64,000 nt of DNA from Heptranchias perlo (lineage: Eukaryota): positions 5,022,001-5,086,000 of the forward strand of contig NW_027139581.1 in NCBI RefSeq assembly GCF_035084215.1. The letters run 5' to 3'. Numbering within the stretch: the stretch's first letter is position 1; every line of letters starts with the position of its first letter. This document shows positions 34,813 to 46,961 of this stretch, in pieces. Position numbers and translations under genes: made by a program. The notes beneath the pieces were generated by a model. That model saw nothing but the letters and a program-made list of their open reading frames with translations. It was not told the origin of the DNA and did no database searches.

Positions 34813-36869
34813 ATTCTAATATAAATATAGATATATATATTTGCGAGGGTGGGAGCAGATAATAATTTTTGGTTGGACGCATACGTTTATTCTTGTCAAT
34901 AGCTATCAGCAGCTGCGTGCAATTTGTAATGTATCTCCTATTATGTCGTAATATTCGCGTTGAAAGGCTGGGGATGCAACAATCTTCCAGAGACGATTGG
35001 GGATTGAGGGGGACTATAGAGGAGGGACAGCGCTATTAGTGCTAAAATCTGTTGTGTGAAAGTTTACTAATGCACACTTGTATTGTGCTGTGCCAATTGA
35101 TCGCAGTTGTTTTTATGTTAAGGATCTTTTTCCTGCAGTATTTTCTAAATAGCTAACACTGATTCTGTGAGGCAGAGCCCGGAACTGTGCACTCACAGCA
35201 CCGCCGTTTGGGCTGCTGCAGGGTCCTACACCCCTCAAACTGCTCTAACTCTCATCTGGTTCAGAGGAACAACTGAAAAGAGCACAATCAAAGTGTTTGC
35301 TTTTTGTAATAGTGTGTGTGAGTGGACAACAAATATCATTCTTAATGGTTAAAAGTACATTCCACATGGATAAATTATTATCTTCACCAATTATTTTCAG
35401 CATTTTTTTTTCTGTTATTAATAAATGTCATTGCAGATCGTTTATATCTTTAACATGTTTTTATAACTCTTCGTCAGAAAACGATGTCATGCTGACCATT
35501 CTGTTACCAAGGCAAGCTTGTCCCAAGTATTCTGTTGGAAAAGTGATGAGATCACACAATGAATAGCTGAACCTATCCTAGAATCATATAATGTGCGACA
35601 CTGAAGGCCGCCGTTTGGCAATAGCGGCGCTTCCTCTTCAAATGTGCCTTCGGATCTCATGTTCCTGCGATTTACGGTGTATTTTTGATATTTTTCCTCT
35701 CAAATACTTAACCAATTCACCTTCAATCGTCGAGATGGTTAAAACAATCCAGGGACCTTCTGCATGAAAAGAAATCTCCCAGCACATCCTCCTGCTCTCC
35801 TCGTGATAACACTGATCCCATACCGCGTGAATGGCCAACCAGTGGAAGCAATCTTTTATTATTTACCCTTTGTGCTCTATGATTCTCGGATGATCTCTAA
35901 AACTGTGTTGCTGTTTGGAACATACTATCTATCAATATTTTTTCACAAAAATGTGTTACTTCACATTTCCTTGCATTCAACAGCATTTGTCACCTCTCTC
36001 CTCTTTCTACTAACCGGCCAATGTCCTGTAATCTTCTGAATTATTTTTCATAGCTTTGGGATTATAATTTGGAACCATCAGCAAACTGTGATAGCATTCG
36101 TCTTTTGTCGATATCCAAACCATTTGTGTAAATGTCAATAAAAACAGAAAAAGAAAAGGGGCCCGAGCACAGATCCCTACAGTCTGCCACTGACCACATC
36201 ATGTGAATGCAAAAACAAAATCCAGTTCCCCCTACACTTTCACTTCAGCCCCTCAGCCACCGCTCTGTCCAGATAGCCACATTCCCTTTACTACCATGTG
36301 CCTTGCTTTTTGCAAAAAGTCTCTTATGTGACACCTCAGGAAACGTCTTCTAAAAATCCATAGATAAAAACAGGCCCTTTCCCTTCATCTGTGCTCCAGT
36401 TGAAATCCTCAAGCACAACCTGTACTTGATCGATCCACGCTGTCTGTCCCTGATCAGCCCACGCCTTTCTCAGTGTTCATTAATATCATCCCGTATAATG
36501 GACTGCAGCGGTGAAATGTTCCTCTTTAATGTTCCAGGGATAGAGTATTCACTGGGGACGGTGCATTGAGGGAACTCAACGCCTGCTACCATGGAGTCTC
36601 TCTGGTTTCTTGTCAAGTGATCATCTCAGCATCACACAAAAGTTCCTGATATAAACCTGGAGTGTGTGATGATTTGTGCAAGTGATGGTAAAAATGAAAG
36701 TAAGATTAATAAGTGTGTAATTCTCTCACTTAATTATTTCCGTTGATGAAGGGAATGCAACACTTGCTACTATCGAGCGACTTTCGGACTATTTCTGTTT
36801 CCACAGCCTTTTTTTGACCATTACCTCCACTATTTCCCTCGCAACCTCTTCCAATTTTTTGGATGCGGA

Positions 36870-37718
36870 ACTACAAGGGCCTGCTGATCCGTGGCAGACG
36901 AAATTCAACGCAGAAAGGTGTGAAGTGATACATCTCTGTGGGAAGAACTAGGAGAAGCAATATAAACTAAAGGGCACAATTCTAAAAGGAGTGCAGGAAC
37001 AGAGAGATCTGGGGGTGCACAAATCGTTGAAGGTCGCAGGGCAGGTTGAGAAAGCAGGTTGATAAAGCATAGGGGATCGTGGTCTCTATAAATAGAGGCA
37101 TGGAGTACAAAGGCAAGGAGGTTGTGATGAACCTTTATAAAACACTGGTTGGACCACAACTGGAATATTGGGTCCAGTTCTGGGCACTGAACTTTAGGAA
37201 GGATGTGAAGGCCTTAGAGAGGGTGCAGAAAAGATTTACTAGAATGATTCCAGGGATGAGGGACTTCAGTTACCTGCATTGACTGGAAAAGCTGCGGATG
37301 TGCTCCTGAGAGCAGAGATGGTTTAGAGGAGATTTGAGAAAGGTATTCAGAATCATGAAGGCTCTGGAGAGAGTCGATAGAGAGAAACTGTTCCCATTGG
37401 CGGAGCGGTCAAGAATCAGAGGACATAGATTTAAGGCGATTGGCAAAAGAACCAAAGGCGAGATGAGAAAAAACGTTTTTGACACAGCGAGTGGATGTGA
37501 TCTGGAATGCACTGCCTGAGGGGGTGGTGGAGGCAGATTCAATCATGGCCTTCAAAAGGGAACTGGATAAGTACTTGAAGGGAAAAACATTTCGGGGTTA
37601 TGGGCATATGGCAGGGGAGTGGGACTCGCTGGATTGCTCTTACAGACAGCCGGCACGGACTCGACGGGTCGAATGGCCTCCTTCCGTGCTGTAATCTTTC
37701 TATGATTCCATGATTATG
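36870..37718 (+). mobile_element. CR1 LINE 3' fragment
   Basis: LYKTLVGPQLEYWVQFW..LERVQKRFTRMIPG; 3' tail TTCTATGATTCCATGATT. Confidence 0.88.
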
Positions 37719-38324
37719 AACGTAGATATTGCCTTCACTTATTTGCCCTATAACTTGTAGAAATGGACCAAAAACAATTGTTGTTTGAATTCGTTGAGAC
37801 ATTTGCATTTCTCTCTCTCTCTTTATTCTGGGTTGTGTTGGGGGAACATGTGGTGCTGATTTTCGGTGCTCAACACTCTAATCTGGGACTTCTATTTCTG
37901 TGATTATTTACATAAGCGCCTTTGGTTTCGGTGAAATGTTCACGGCAGCAAACCCAGATCATCAAAGTCAGTTATTGATTTGTTTGAACTCACAAATAGG
38001 TTTTATTTTCAGAATATTGACAGTTTGGTCCGAAGAAATAGAAATGTCTCGAACAGTGGCATCAGTGGCTGTTTTGTTCAATTAGAACAGATGTTATTTG
38101 TATCAAAGGGGAACACGATTAAAATTAAGAACCCAGTTCGGCTGCAGAAATCAGTCGAACATTCCGAAAGAGGCTGGTGTTCCTCTGGATGTCAACTTTG
38201 TGGAACTTTTAACCCATGTAAAGTAAACAGGTTAAAGCAATGACCAGAGCAATGTTCTACAGACGCATTAATCTCTGAGCTTTTAACATATCGCAACTTG
38301 TATTTTCAAATGTTGACATTTAAA

Positions 38325-39000
38325 AAGAAAGACTTGCATTTATATAGCGCCTTTCATGACCTCCGGACGTCCCAAAGGGCTTTGCAGCCCATGAAGTACT
38401 TCTGAAGTGTGGTCACTGTTGAATGTCGGAAATACGGCAGCCAATTTGCGCACAGCAAGATCCCACAAACAGCAATGAGATAATGAATACTGAACGAGAG
38501 GGATAGAGGGAGCAATAGAGAGAATGGGAGAGAGTGAGAAACGGAAGAAGTGGGAGAGACAGAAGGAAACAGACAGAGAGAGGGAGAGACAGGGAAAAAC
38601 AGAGATGGAGAGAGAGAGAGACAGGGGGAGACAGAAAAGGGAGATAGGGGCAACAGTGAGAGAGAGAAAGAATGAGAAAGGTAGGTGGAAACAGAAAGGC
38701 AGAGGAAGAGATGGGGAAACAGTTAGGGAGAGAGCAAGATGGAGAAAGATACAGCAGCCAATTTTTGAACAGTAAGATCCCACATGGAGCAATGAGATAA
38801 ATGACCAGATGATCTGTTTCAGTGATGTTGATTTAGTGATAAACATTGGAGCAGGAGAAACCCCCTGCTCTTCTTCAAAATAGTATCATGGGATTTTTCA
38901 CGTCCACCTGGGAGGACAGACAGTGCCTCAATTTATCGTCTCATCCAAAAGAATGCACTTCCGACAGTGCAGCACTCCTCCGGTACTGCACTGGATTGTC
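38325..39000 (-). mobile_element. DeuSINE (SacSINE1-like) interrupted by a ~260-bp GA-rich tract (38490-38750)
   Basis: Deu core and L2-like tail; the segment GCAGCCAATTT..AAGATCCCACA..AGCAATGAGATAA occurs on both sides of the purine tract. Confidence 0.75.
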
Positions 39001-39014
39001 ATCCAATATTGGGC

Positions 39015-39780
39015 TAAATTCTCTGCCTTTGGCCCATATCCCTGAACACCTTTGGTTGCCAAAAAGCTATCTATCTCAGATTTAAACTTAGCAATTGAGC
39101 TGAGATAGATTTGTCTTACACTGACCCGTTTCCTCAACTACTTCTTACAACATTCTAACCACTCTTTGAGTAAAGAAGTTTCCCCTGAATTCCCTATTGG
39201 ATTTATTAGTGACTATCTTATATGTATGGTCCCTTGTTCTGGACTCCCCCGCAAGTGGAATCATCTTCTCCATATCTACCCTATCAAACCCTCTCATAAT
39301 CTTAAAGACCTCTGTCAGGTGACCCCTCAGTCTTCTCTATTTTACAGAAGAGAGCCTCAGCCTGTTCAATTTTTCCTGAGGTTCAACCTCTCGATTGTGG
39401 TATGAGCCTAGTGAATCTTTTCTGCACCTTCTCCAGTGCCCCATAGCCTTTTTATAATATGGAGATCAGAACTGTTCATAGGACTCCAAGTGTGGTCTAA
39501 CCAAGGTTCTATACAAGTTTAACATAAATTTTCTGCATTCCAATTCTACTCCTCTAGAAATGAACCCCAGTGCTTGGTTTGCTTTTTTATGGCCTTAATA
39601 ACCTGCATCACTACTTTTAGTGATTTGTGTATCTTTACCCCCAGGTCCCTCTGCTCCTCTCCCCCATTTAGATTCTTATTTGCCAAGGAGTATGTGACCT
39701 CCTTATTCTTCCTATCTAAATGTACCACCTCACACTTCTCTCTATTGAAATTCATTTGCCAATTACTCGCCCATTCTGCA
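39015..39780 (-). mobile_element. CR1 LINE 3' fragment
   Basis: EWASNWQMNFN.EKCEVVH..QRDLGV.IHKSLK. Confidence 0.85.
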
Positions 39781-39799
39781 GGTTCCTGTTTTATGTCGC

Positions 39800-40140
39800 A
39801 GGAGTGCTGTCCTATCGGAGGGGCAGTCCGGATGGAGTGCTGCACTGTCGGAGGTGCCGTGTTTCTGATAAGAGTTTACCCAGCTGGGTGTAAAAGATTC
39901 CCCGGGACTATTGGAGGAAGAGATGGGAAGTTCTCCCTTGTGTCCTGGGCCCAATATTTATCCTTCCACTGCAACAGATTATCTGGTCATTTATCTCATT
40001 GCTGTTTGTGGATCCTTGCTGTGCGCAAATGACTGCCGCCTTTCCTACATTACAACAGTTCAAAGGTACTTCTTTGTCTGCAACGCGCTTTGGGCCATCC
40101 TGAGGTCGTGACAGGCGCGATTTTACATGCAAGTCTTTAT
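39800..40140 (+). mobile_element. DeuSINE (SacSINE1-like) fragment
   Basis: GCTGCACTGTCGGAGGTGCCG..CCAATATTTATCC..GCTGTTTGTGGATCCTTGCTGTGCGCAAAT..GCAAGTC. Confidence 0.8.
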
Positions 40141-40562
40141 TATGGTTTGAATGAGTTCAAACAGCCTGCATCGAGGCCATCAAAGGGCTCAGATGTTGCA
40201 TTTCCACATCTATGTGGGAGAAACATAAATTAAAGAGAAAAAGACGGAAAGACACACGCACATATGTACTACAGACACTCCTCTCTCTCCCTTAGTGGCA
40301 ATTTTACATTGGCCATTTCCGGTCACCGAGTACCTAACTGGAGGAAATTGTCTTTTTCCTAATCACCTTTTCAATGCAATTCATAATTTTAAAACTTTTG
40401 TTAAATTTCCGTTTAGGCTTATCTTCTGCAGTGGAAATAGTTGCAGATTCTAATGTATCTCCTCACACGATAGCGTGCCGTGCCTGGTATCATCCTGGTG
40501 AATCTACACTGTATATTCTGTATGGCTTTGGTGTCCTTTTTACAATGGGACTCCCAAAACGA

Positions 40563-40790
40563 TGAAATAAAAACAGAAAATGCTGGAAATACTCAGGAGG
40601 CCAGGCAGCATCCGTGGAGAAAGAAACAGAGATAACGTTTCAGGTAGATAGACTTCTTCCAGTTCTGACAAAAGGTTGTCGACCTGAAACGTTAACTCTG
40701 TTTCTCTCTCCACAGATGCTGCCTGACCTGCTGAGTATTTCCAGCATTTTCCGTTCATATTTCAGATTTCCAGCATTCGCAGAATTTTAC
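40563..40790. mobile_element. ~200-bp palindromic Penelope-like terminal repeat remnant
   Basis: Arm AAAACAGAAAATGCTGGAAATACTCAG..GAAACAGAGATAACGTTTCAGGT is matched by its reverse complement GACCTGAAACGTTAACTCTGTTTC..CTGAGTATTTCCAGCATTTT. Confidence 0.75.
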
Positions 40791-43774
40791 TTTTGATTTC
40801 GCCCAAAACTATGAGATGTTTAATGTCCACCCGAACCACCAGAACAGGTACATAGGATGCCAGTTTAATGGGCTATTCGAGTAACCGCACCTCCGTCTAT
40901 GCAGCTTTAATAATGAGTGCTCTAAGTTCTAGGTCAGAAAGTTGACATCAGCCCAGAACCTCTGATGCGGAGATCATAGTGGTAACTACTGATGGTCACA
41001 CAAAGAGCCAAACTCAAGTTACTTTATTTTTGTCGGTATCATAGAATCTGCCAATTTACAGCAGGGAGGCAGGTCCTGTTTGGTGCTACTGGCTGTTCAC
41101 CTGGAATTGTTTACTGCAATCCCATTTTTCTGCCCTTTCCCTATATCATTTTTATAGCCTCCATTTTTAAAAGCCTCTCAATTTCTGTGTGGCCATTCCC
41201 GTGCCTCCCTAACTGTTTCTCAATGTATTCATGTATCTCCTTTACCCATCACTATTTCTGTGTCACCTCTGTCTTTCGTTCTTTCTATCCATCTATTTCT
41301 TTCTTTCTGTCTTTCTTTCTTTAATTGGTGTTTTATTCTCGACTCAGTATCCACTCTTGGCAAAGCGTTTTACTTTATGATTAACCTTCTTTACCAACAG
41401 ATTTTTTTCTGTCCCCTGTTCTTCCAGTGACAATCTTCAGCCGATCTCCCCTTTCACTGAATGTGTTAAAACCAAGTTCATATTTTATTCTTTAAACTGA
41501 AATGGAGGTAAATACAGTTTTGAACTATAATGGAGATATTCCGGTTATCGAGCTGTTCGGGTCAGCCCGCCCACAGAGACAGGAAGTCTGTTCAGGTTGA
41601 AAACATAAAGCTGCTGCCTTTGATTTCATTCTGAGTCAACACACTTCCTGTTTTTCTGCTGCCTGCTCGAAACCACACATCTCACTTCTGAGCAAAAAAT
41701 AAATACAGGAGCCATAATCTGATGGCAACATCTTACAGCGCGGTCTAAATATGGCCGCAGGGTCGGTGCAGAAGGACAGAGATAAGCATTGCGGTGATAT
41801 TTGCAAATGAGCCATTCTCTGTTCGAGTCTCCATTGAGGACATGACTGGCGGTATCTTTGGAAACAGTCACTCAGCTTCCTCTGGTATCTGAAGCAGTGA
41901 CCTGATGGTTCGCTGCCTTTCATTTCATGTCTTTCTCTCTATTACTTATTTCTCTATTCCTCAGCTTTTTTCCCTCTCGCTCCCTCCTGACTCTTTCTAT
42001 TTTTAAGTCCCTTTCTCCCTCTTTTTCTCTTTCTTAGTTTTTCCTTCTCTGTTTGTCCCTCGTTCTCCCTGTATTTCTCTCCATCTCAGTGTATCGATTC
42101 CTTTGTCTCCCGAACTGTTTCTCTCTGTATTTATATCTCGCCTTGTCCCATCACCATTTCTGTGTCTACCACTGTCTTTCATTATTTCACTCTCTCTCTG
42201 TTTCTGTCACTATTTCATTCTTTCTTTCTTGTATCTTTTTGCCTCTGTCGTATTTTTTTCTATCCTTCTCTCCCTAACGCTCTCAGTATCTCTCTGTCCT
42301 TGTTGCTGTATAATAAACTGAGGCCCGTCTGCCCTCTCAAGTGGACATAAAGATTTCCGCGGCATATTTAGGGAGGTTCTCTCGCTGTCCTTTCCAACAG
42401 ATACAAAAAGTAATCACAAAGGTTATTGGAAAGTTGGCTTTTATCTCAAGGGGACTGGAATTCAAGGGGGTGGAAGTTATGTTCCAGCTGTACAGAGCTC
42501 AGGTTATACCCCATCGGTGGTACTGCATTCAGATCTGGGCACTGCAACTCAGGAAGGATATATTGGCCTTGGAGCGGGTGCAGCGCAGATTCACCAGAAT
42601 GATACTTTTTCCCATTCCTGGGATGTGGGCATTTATTGCCCATCGCCAGTGGGTGCGGGGCGGGGGGTCTTCTTCTTGAACCGCTGCAGTCCTATTCGTT
42701 CTTGCTGTCTGATACAACTAAGTGGCTCGCTCGGCACTTGACAAGGCAGTTAAGAGTCCACCAGGTTGCTGTGGGATTGGAGTTGCATTTGGCCAGACCG
42801 GTAAAGGGCGGCAGATTCCCTTCCCTAAAGGCCTTTAGGGAACCAGTTGGGTTTTTACAACAATCCGATAGCTTCATGGTTACTTTTACTGAGATCAGAT
42901 TTTCATTTAGTGTTTAAACAACTGAATTCAAATTCTCAATCTTTCATATTTGAACTCATGTTCTCTGAATTAATCGTCCAGCCCTCTGTATTACCAGTAC
43001 AGGAACATAATCACCACACTACCGTGCCCCTAATTATTACACTGCACCCTCTTTCTGCTGTTGTAACGCAACCATGCCTTCATTATTGTTGTTATTTTTA
43101 TTATTTTTATTACTATTATTCGAATAGATTCTGTCTCTCCTTCATTACACTGGACCCTGGCCTCTGTTATTACTATGATATCAAAACCCTCTGCCCTTGT
43201 ATTTCAGTGGTTCTTTGTTGTTGTAACAGTAAACCCTCCCTCTGCTCTTATTGCACTAGACCCTGTTCTGTTTTGTTACACTAGACCCTGGGGTAGATTT
43301 TAGTTGTCATGGCCTGGAACTAAAGTCAGGCGGGTTCTCCAAAGGCCGTGCGATCCATTCAGCAGATTAGCTCCCAGGTAGTGATGACGGAAGTCTTCCC
43401 CAATCTCTGCTATCGTTACACTAAACATCCTGTCTGTTAAACCAGAGGATGAGTTTGTGAATTTTATCGGAGAACAATGCATCTGTTATTGTTACTGTCG
43501 ACAATTCTTACACCAGACCTCCCTTTGTTGTGGTTACACTAAAAACCCTGGGAGTAATTTTCACCTTCATCGCCTGGATAGTAATTCATTTCCTGTGAAC
43601 AAACACCATAATCTGTTTAATCTCTGTTCATATTACACTAAGCTCTGCCTCAATTATTAATGCACTAGACCATGTCTCTGTTTATACTGCACCAGGCCCT
43701 GCCTCAGATATTACTGCACTCGACCCGGTGTCTTTTTATATTACACTGCACCCTGTCTCAGTTATTACTGCCCA

Positions 43775-44735
43775 ACCATCTTCAGCAGCTTCATCAATGA
43801 CCTTCACTCCATCGCAAGGTCAGAAATGAGAATATTCGCTGATGATTGCACAGTGTTCAGTTCCATTCGCAACTCCTCAGGGAATGAAGCACTCCTTTCC
43901 CGCATGCAGCAAGACCTGGACAACATCCAGGCTTGGGCTGATCACTGGCAATTAGCATTCGCGCCAGACAAGTGTCAGGCAATGACCATCTTCAACAAGA
44001 GAGAGTCTAACCGCCTCCACTTGACATTCAACGACATTACCATTCGGTGGCCGAATCCCCCACCATCAACATCCTGGGGGTCACCATTGACCAGAAACTT
44101 AACTGGACCAGCCGCATAAATACTGTGGCTACAAGAGCAGGTCAGAGGCTGGGTATTCTGCGGCGAGTGACTCATCTCCTGACTCCCCAAAGCCTTTCCA
44201 CTATCTGCAAGGCACAAGTCAGGAGTATGATGGAATACTCTCCACTTGCCTGTATGAGTGCAGCTCCAACAACACTTAAGAAGATCGACACCATCAAGGA
44301 CAAAGCAGCCCGCTTGATTGGCACCTCATCCACCTCCCTAAACATTCACTCCCTTCACCACCGGCGCACAGTGGCTGCAGTGTGTACCATCCACAGGATG
44401 CACTGCAGCAACTCACCAAGGCTTCTTCGACAGCTCCTCCCAAACCCGCGGCCTCTACCACCTAGAAGGACAAGGGCAGCAGGCACATGGGAACAACACA
44501 ACCTGCACGTTCCCCTCCAAGTCACACACCATCCCGACTTGGAAATATATCGCCGTTCCTTCATCGTCGCTGGGTCAAAATCCTGGAACTCCCTTCTTAA
44601 CAGCACTGTGGGAGTACCTTCACCACACGGACTGCAGCGGTTCAAGAAGGCGGCTCACCACCACCTTCTCAAGGGCAATAAGGGATGGGTAATAAATGCT
44701 GGGCGAGCCAGCGAAGCCCGCATCCCATAAACGAA
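43775..44735 (+). mobile_element. LINE (CR1/L2-clade) RT 3' portion inserted in the satellite
   Basis: FINDL..IFADDCT..QQDLDNIQAWA; ILGVTIDQKLNW; QVRS.MEYSPLA. Confidence 0.9.
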
Positions 44736-45377
44736 TAAAAGGAAAGACAAGGTGTCTGTTTATATTACACTGCACCCTGCCTCATTTATTATTGCACTCG
44801 ACCAGGTGTCTGTTGAAATTACACTGCATCCTGCCTCAATTCTTACTGCATTAGACCAGGTGTCTGTTTTTATTACACTACAGCCTGCCTCAGTTATTCC
44901 TGCACTGGACCCTGACTCTGTTTATATTACACTGCATCCTGCCTCAATTCTTACTGCATTCGACCAGGTGTCTGTTTATATTACACGACAGCCTGCCTCA
45001 GTTATTCCTGCACTAGACCCTGTTTCTGTTTATATTACACTGCATCCTGCCTCAATTCTTACTGCATTAGACCAGGTGTCTGTTCATATTACACTACACC
45101 CTGCCTCAGTTATTCCTGCACTAGACCCTGACTCTGTTTGTATTACACTGCATCCTGCCTCAATTCTTACTGCATTAGACAAGGTGTCTGTTTATATTAC
45201 ACTACACCCTGCCTCAGTTATTCCTGCACTAGACCCTGACTCTGTTTGTATTACACTGCATCCTGCCTCAATTCTTACTGCATTAGACCAGGTGTCTGTT
45301 CATATTACACTACACCCTGCCTCAGTTATACCTGCACGAGACCCTGTTTCTGTTTATATTGCAACAGACCATGTATC

Positions 45378-46360
45378 ATAGTATGATAGCACCATAGCAA
45401 GTACAGCAAAGGACGCCATTCGGCCCATTGTGCCTGCGCCGGCTCTTTGAAAGAGCTATCCAATGATCCCATTTCCCAGCTCTTTCGACATAGCCCAGTA
45501 ATTTATTTCCCTTCAAGTATTTATCGAATTCCCTTTTGAAAGTTAATATTCAATCTACTTCCACCACCCTTTCAGGCAGCGCATTCCAGATATGTAACAA
45601 CTCGCTGTGTCAAAAAATGATTCCTCATGGCGCTTCTGGCTCTTCTACTGATCACCTTAAATCTGTATCCTCTGGTTACCGACCTTTCTGCCATTGGAAA
45701 GAGTTTCTCCTTATTTACTCTATCAGAACCGTTCATGATTTTGAACACATCTATCAAATCTCTTCTTAACCTTCTCTCTTATAAGGAGAACAACCCCAGC
45801 ATCTTCAATCTCTTCACATAACTGAAGTCCCTCACCCCTGGCACCATTCTAGTAAATCTCTTCTGAACCCTCTCCAAGACCTTGACATCCTTCCTTCAGT
45901 GTGGTGCCAAGAATTGAACGCAATACTCCAGCTGCAGCTTACCGAGTGTTTTATAAAGGTTTAGCATAACTTTCTTCTTTTTGTACTCTCAGCCTCTATT
46001 AAAAAAGCCCAGGGCCCCATATGCTTTTTAAAAGCCTTTTCAACTTGTTCTGCCACCTGCGAAGATTTGTGTGCATACACCCTCGGTTTTGTCTGTTCAT
46101 GTACCCCCTTTAAAATTGTATCATTTCGTTCATATTTCTTCTCCTCATTCTGCCTACCAAAATGTATCACATCACACTTCTCGACGTTAAATTTCATCTG
46201 CCATGTGTCTGCCCATTTCACCAGTGTGTCCTTGTCCACCTGAAGTCTGTTACGACCCTCCGCATTGTTTACTACATTTCCGAGTTTCGTGACATCAGCA
46301 AACTTTGAAATAATACCCTCTACACCCAAGCTTAGGTCATTAATATATTACAAAAAGTAG
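45378..46360 (-). mobile_element. CR1 LINE fragment inserted in the satellite
   Basis: ISKFADVTKLG..KWADTWQMKFNVEKC. Confidence 0.88.
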
Positions 46361-46961
46361 TTTGATGTCTCAGTTATTAATGCAATAGACCATGTCTCTG
46401 TTTAAATTACACTGGGCACTGTCTCAGTTATTATTGCAAGAGGCCATGTCTCAATTTATGTTACATTTCCCCCTGTCTCAGTTATTACAGCACAAGATCA
46501 TGTCTCTGATTATATTATACTGGACCCAATCTCAATTATTACTTCACTGGACATATGTCTCAGCCATTGCTTCAGTAGACCACGGCTCAGTTAATACTCC
46601 ACTAGGCCATGACTCTGTTTATATTACACTAGGCGCTGTCTCAGTTATTACTGCACTCGACCATGTTCTGTTGATAATACACTACATCTTGGCTCAGTTT
46701 TCACTGCACTAATCCACGTCTCTGTTTATATTACACTGGACCATGCCTCAGTTAGTACTGCAATAAACCATGTCTCTTTTTATAATACACCTGACGATGT
46801 CTCAGTTATTACCTCAATAGACCATGTGTCATTTTATATCACACTAGATCCTGTCTCAGTTATTACGGCATTAGGCCAAGTATCTGGTTATATTACACGA
46901 GACCATGTCTCTGTTTACATTATACTAGGCCCTCGCTCAGTTATTTCTGCACTAGTACATG

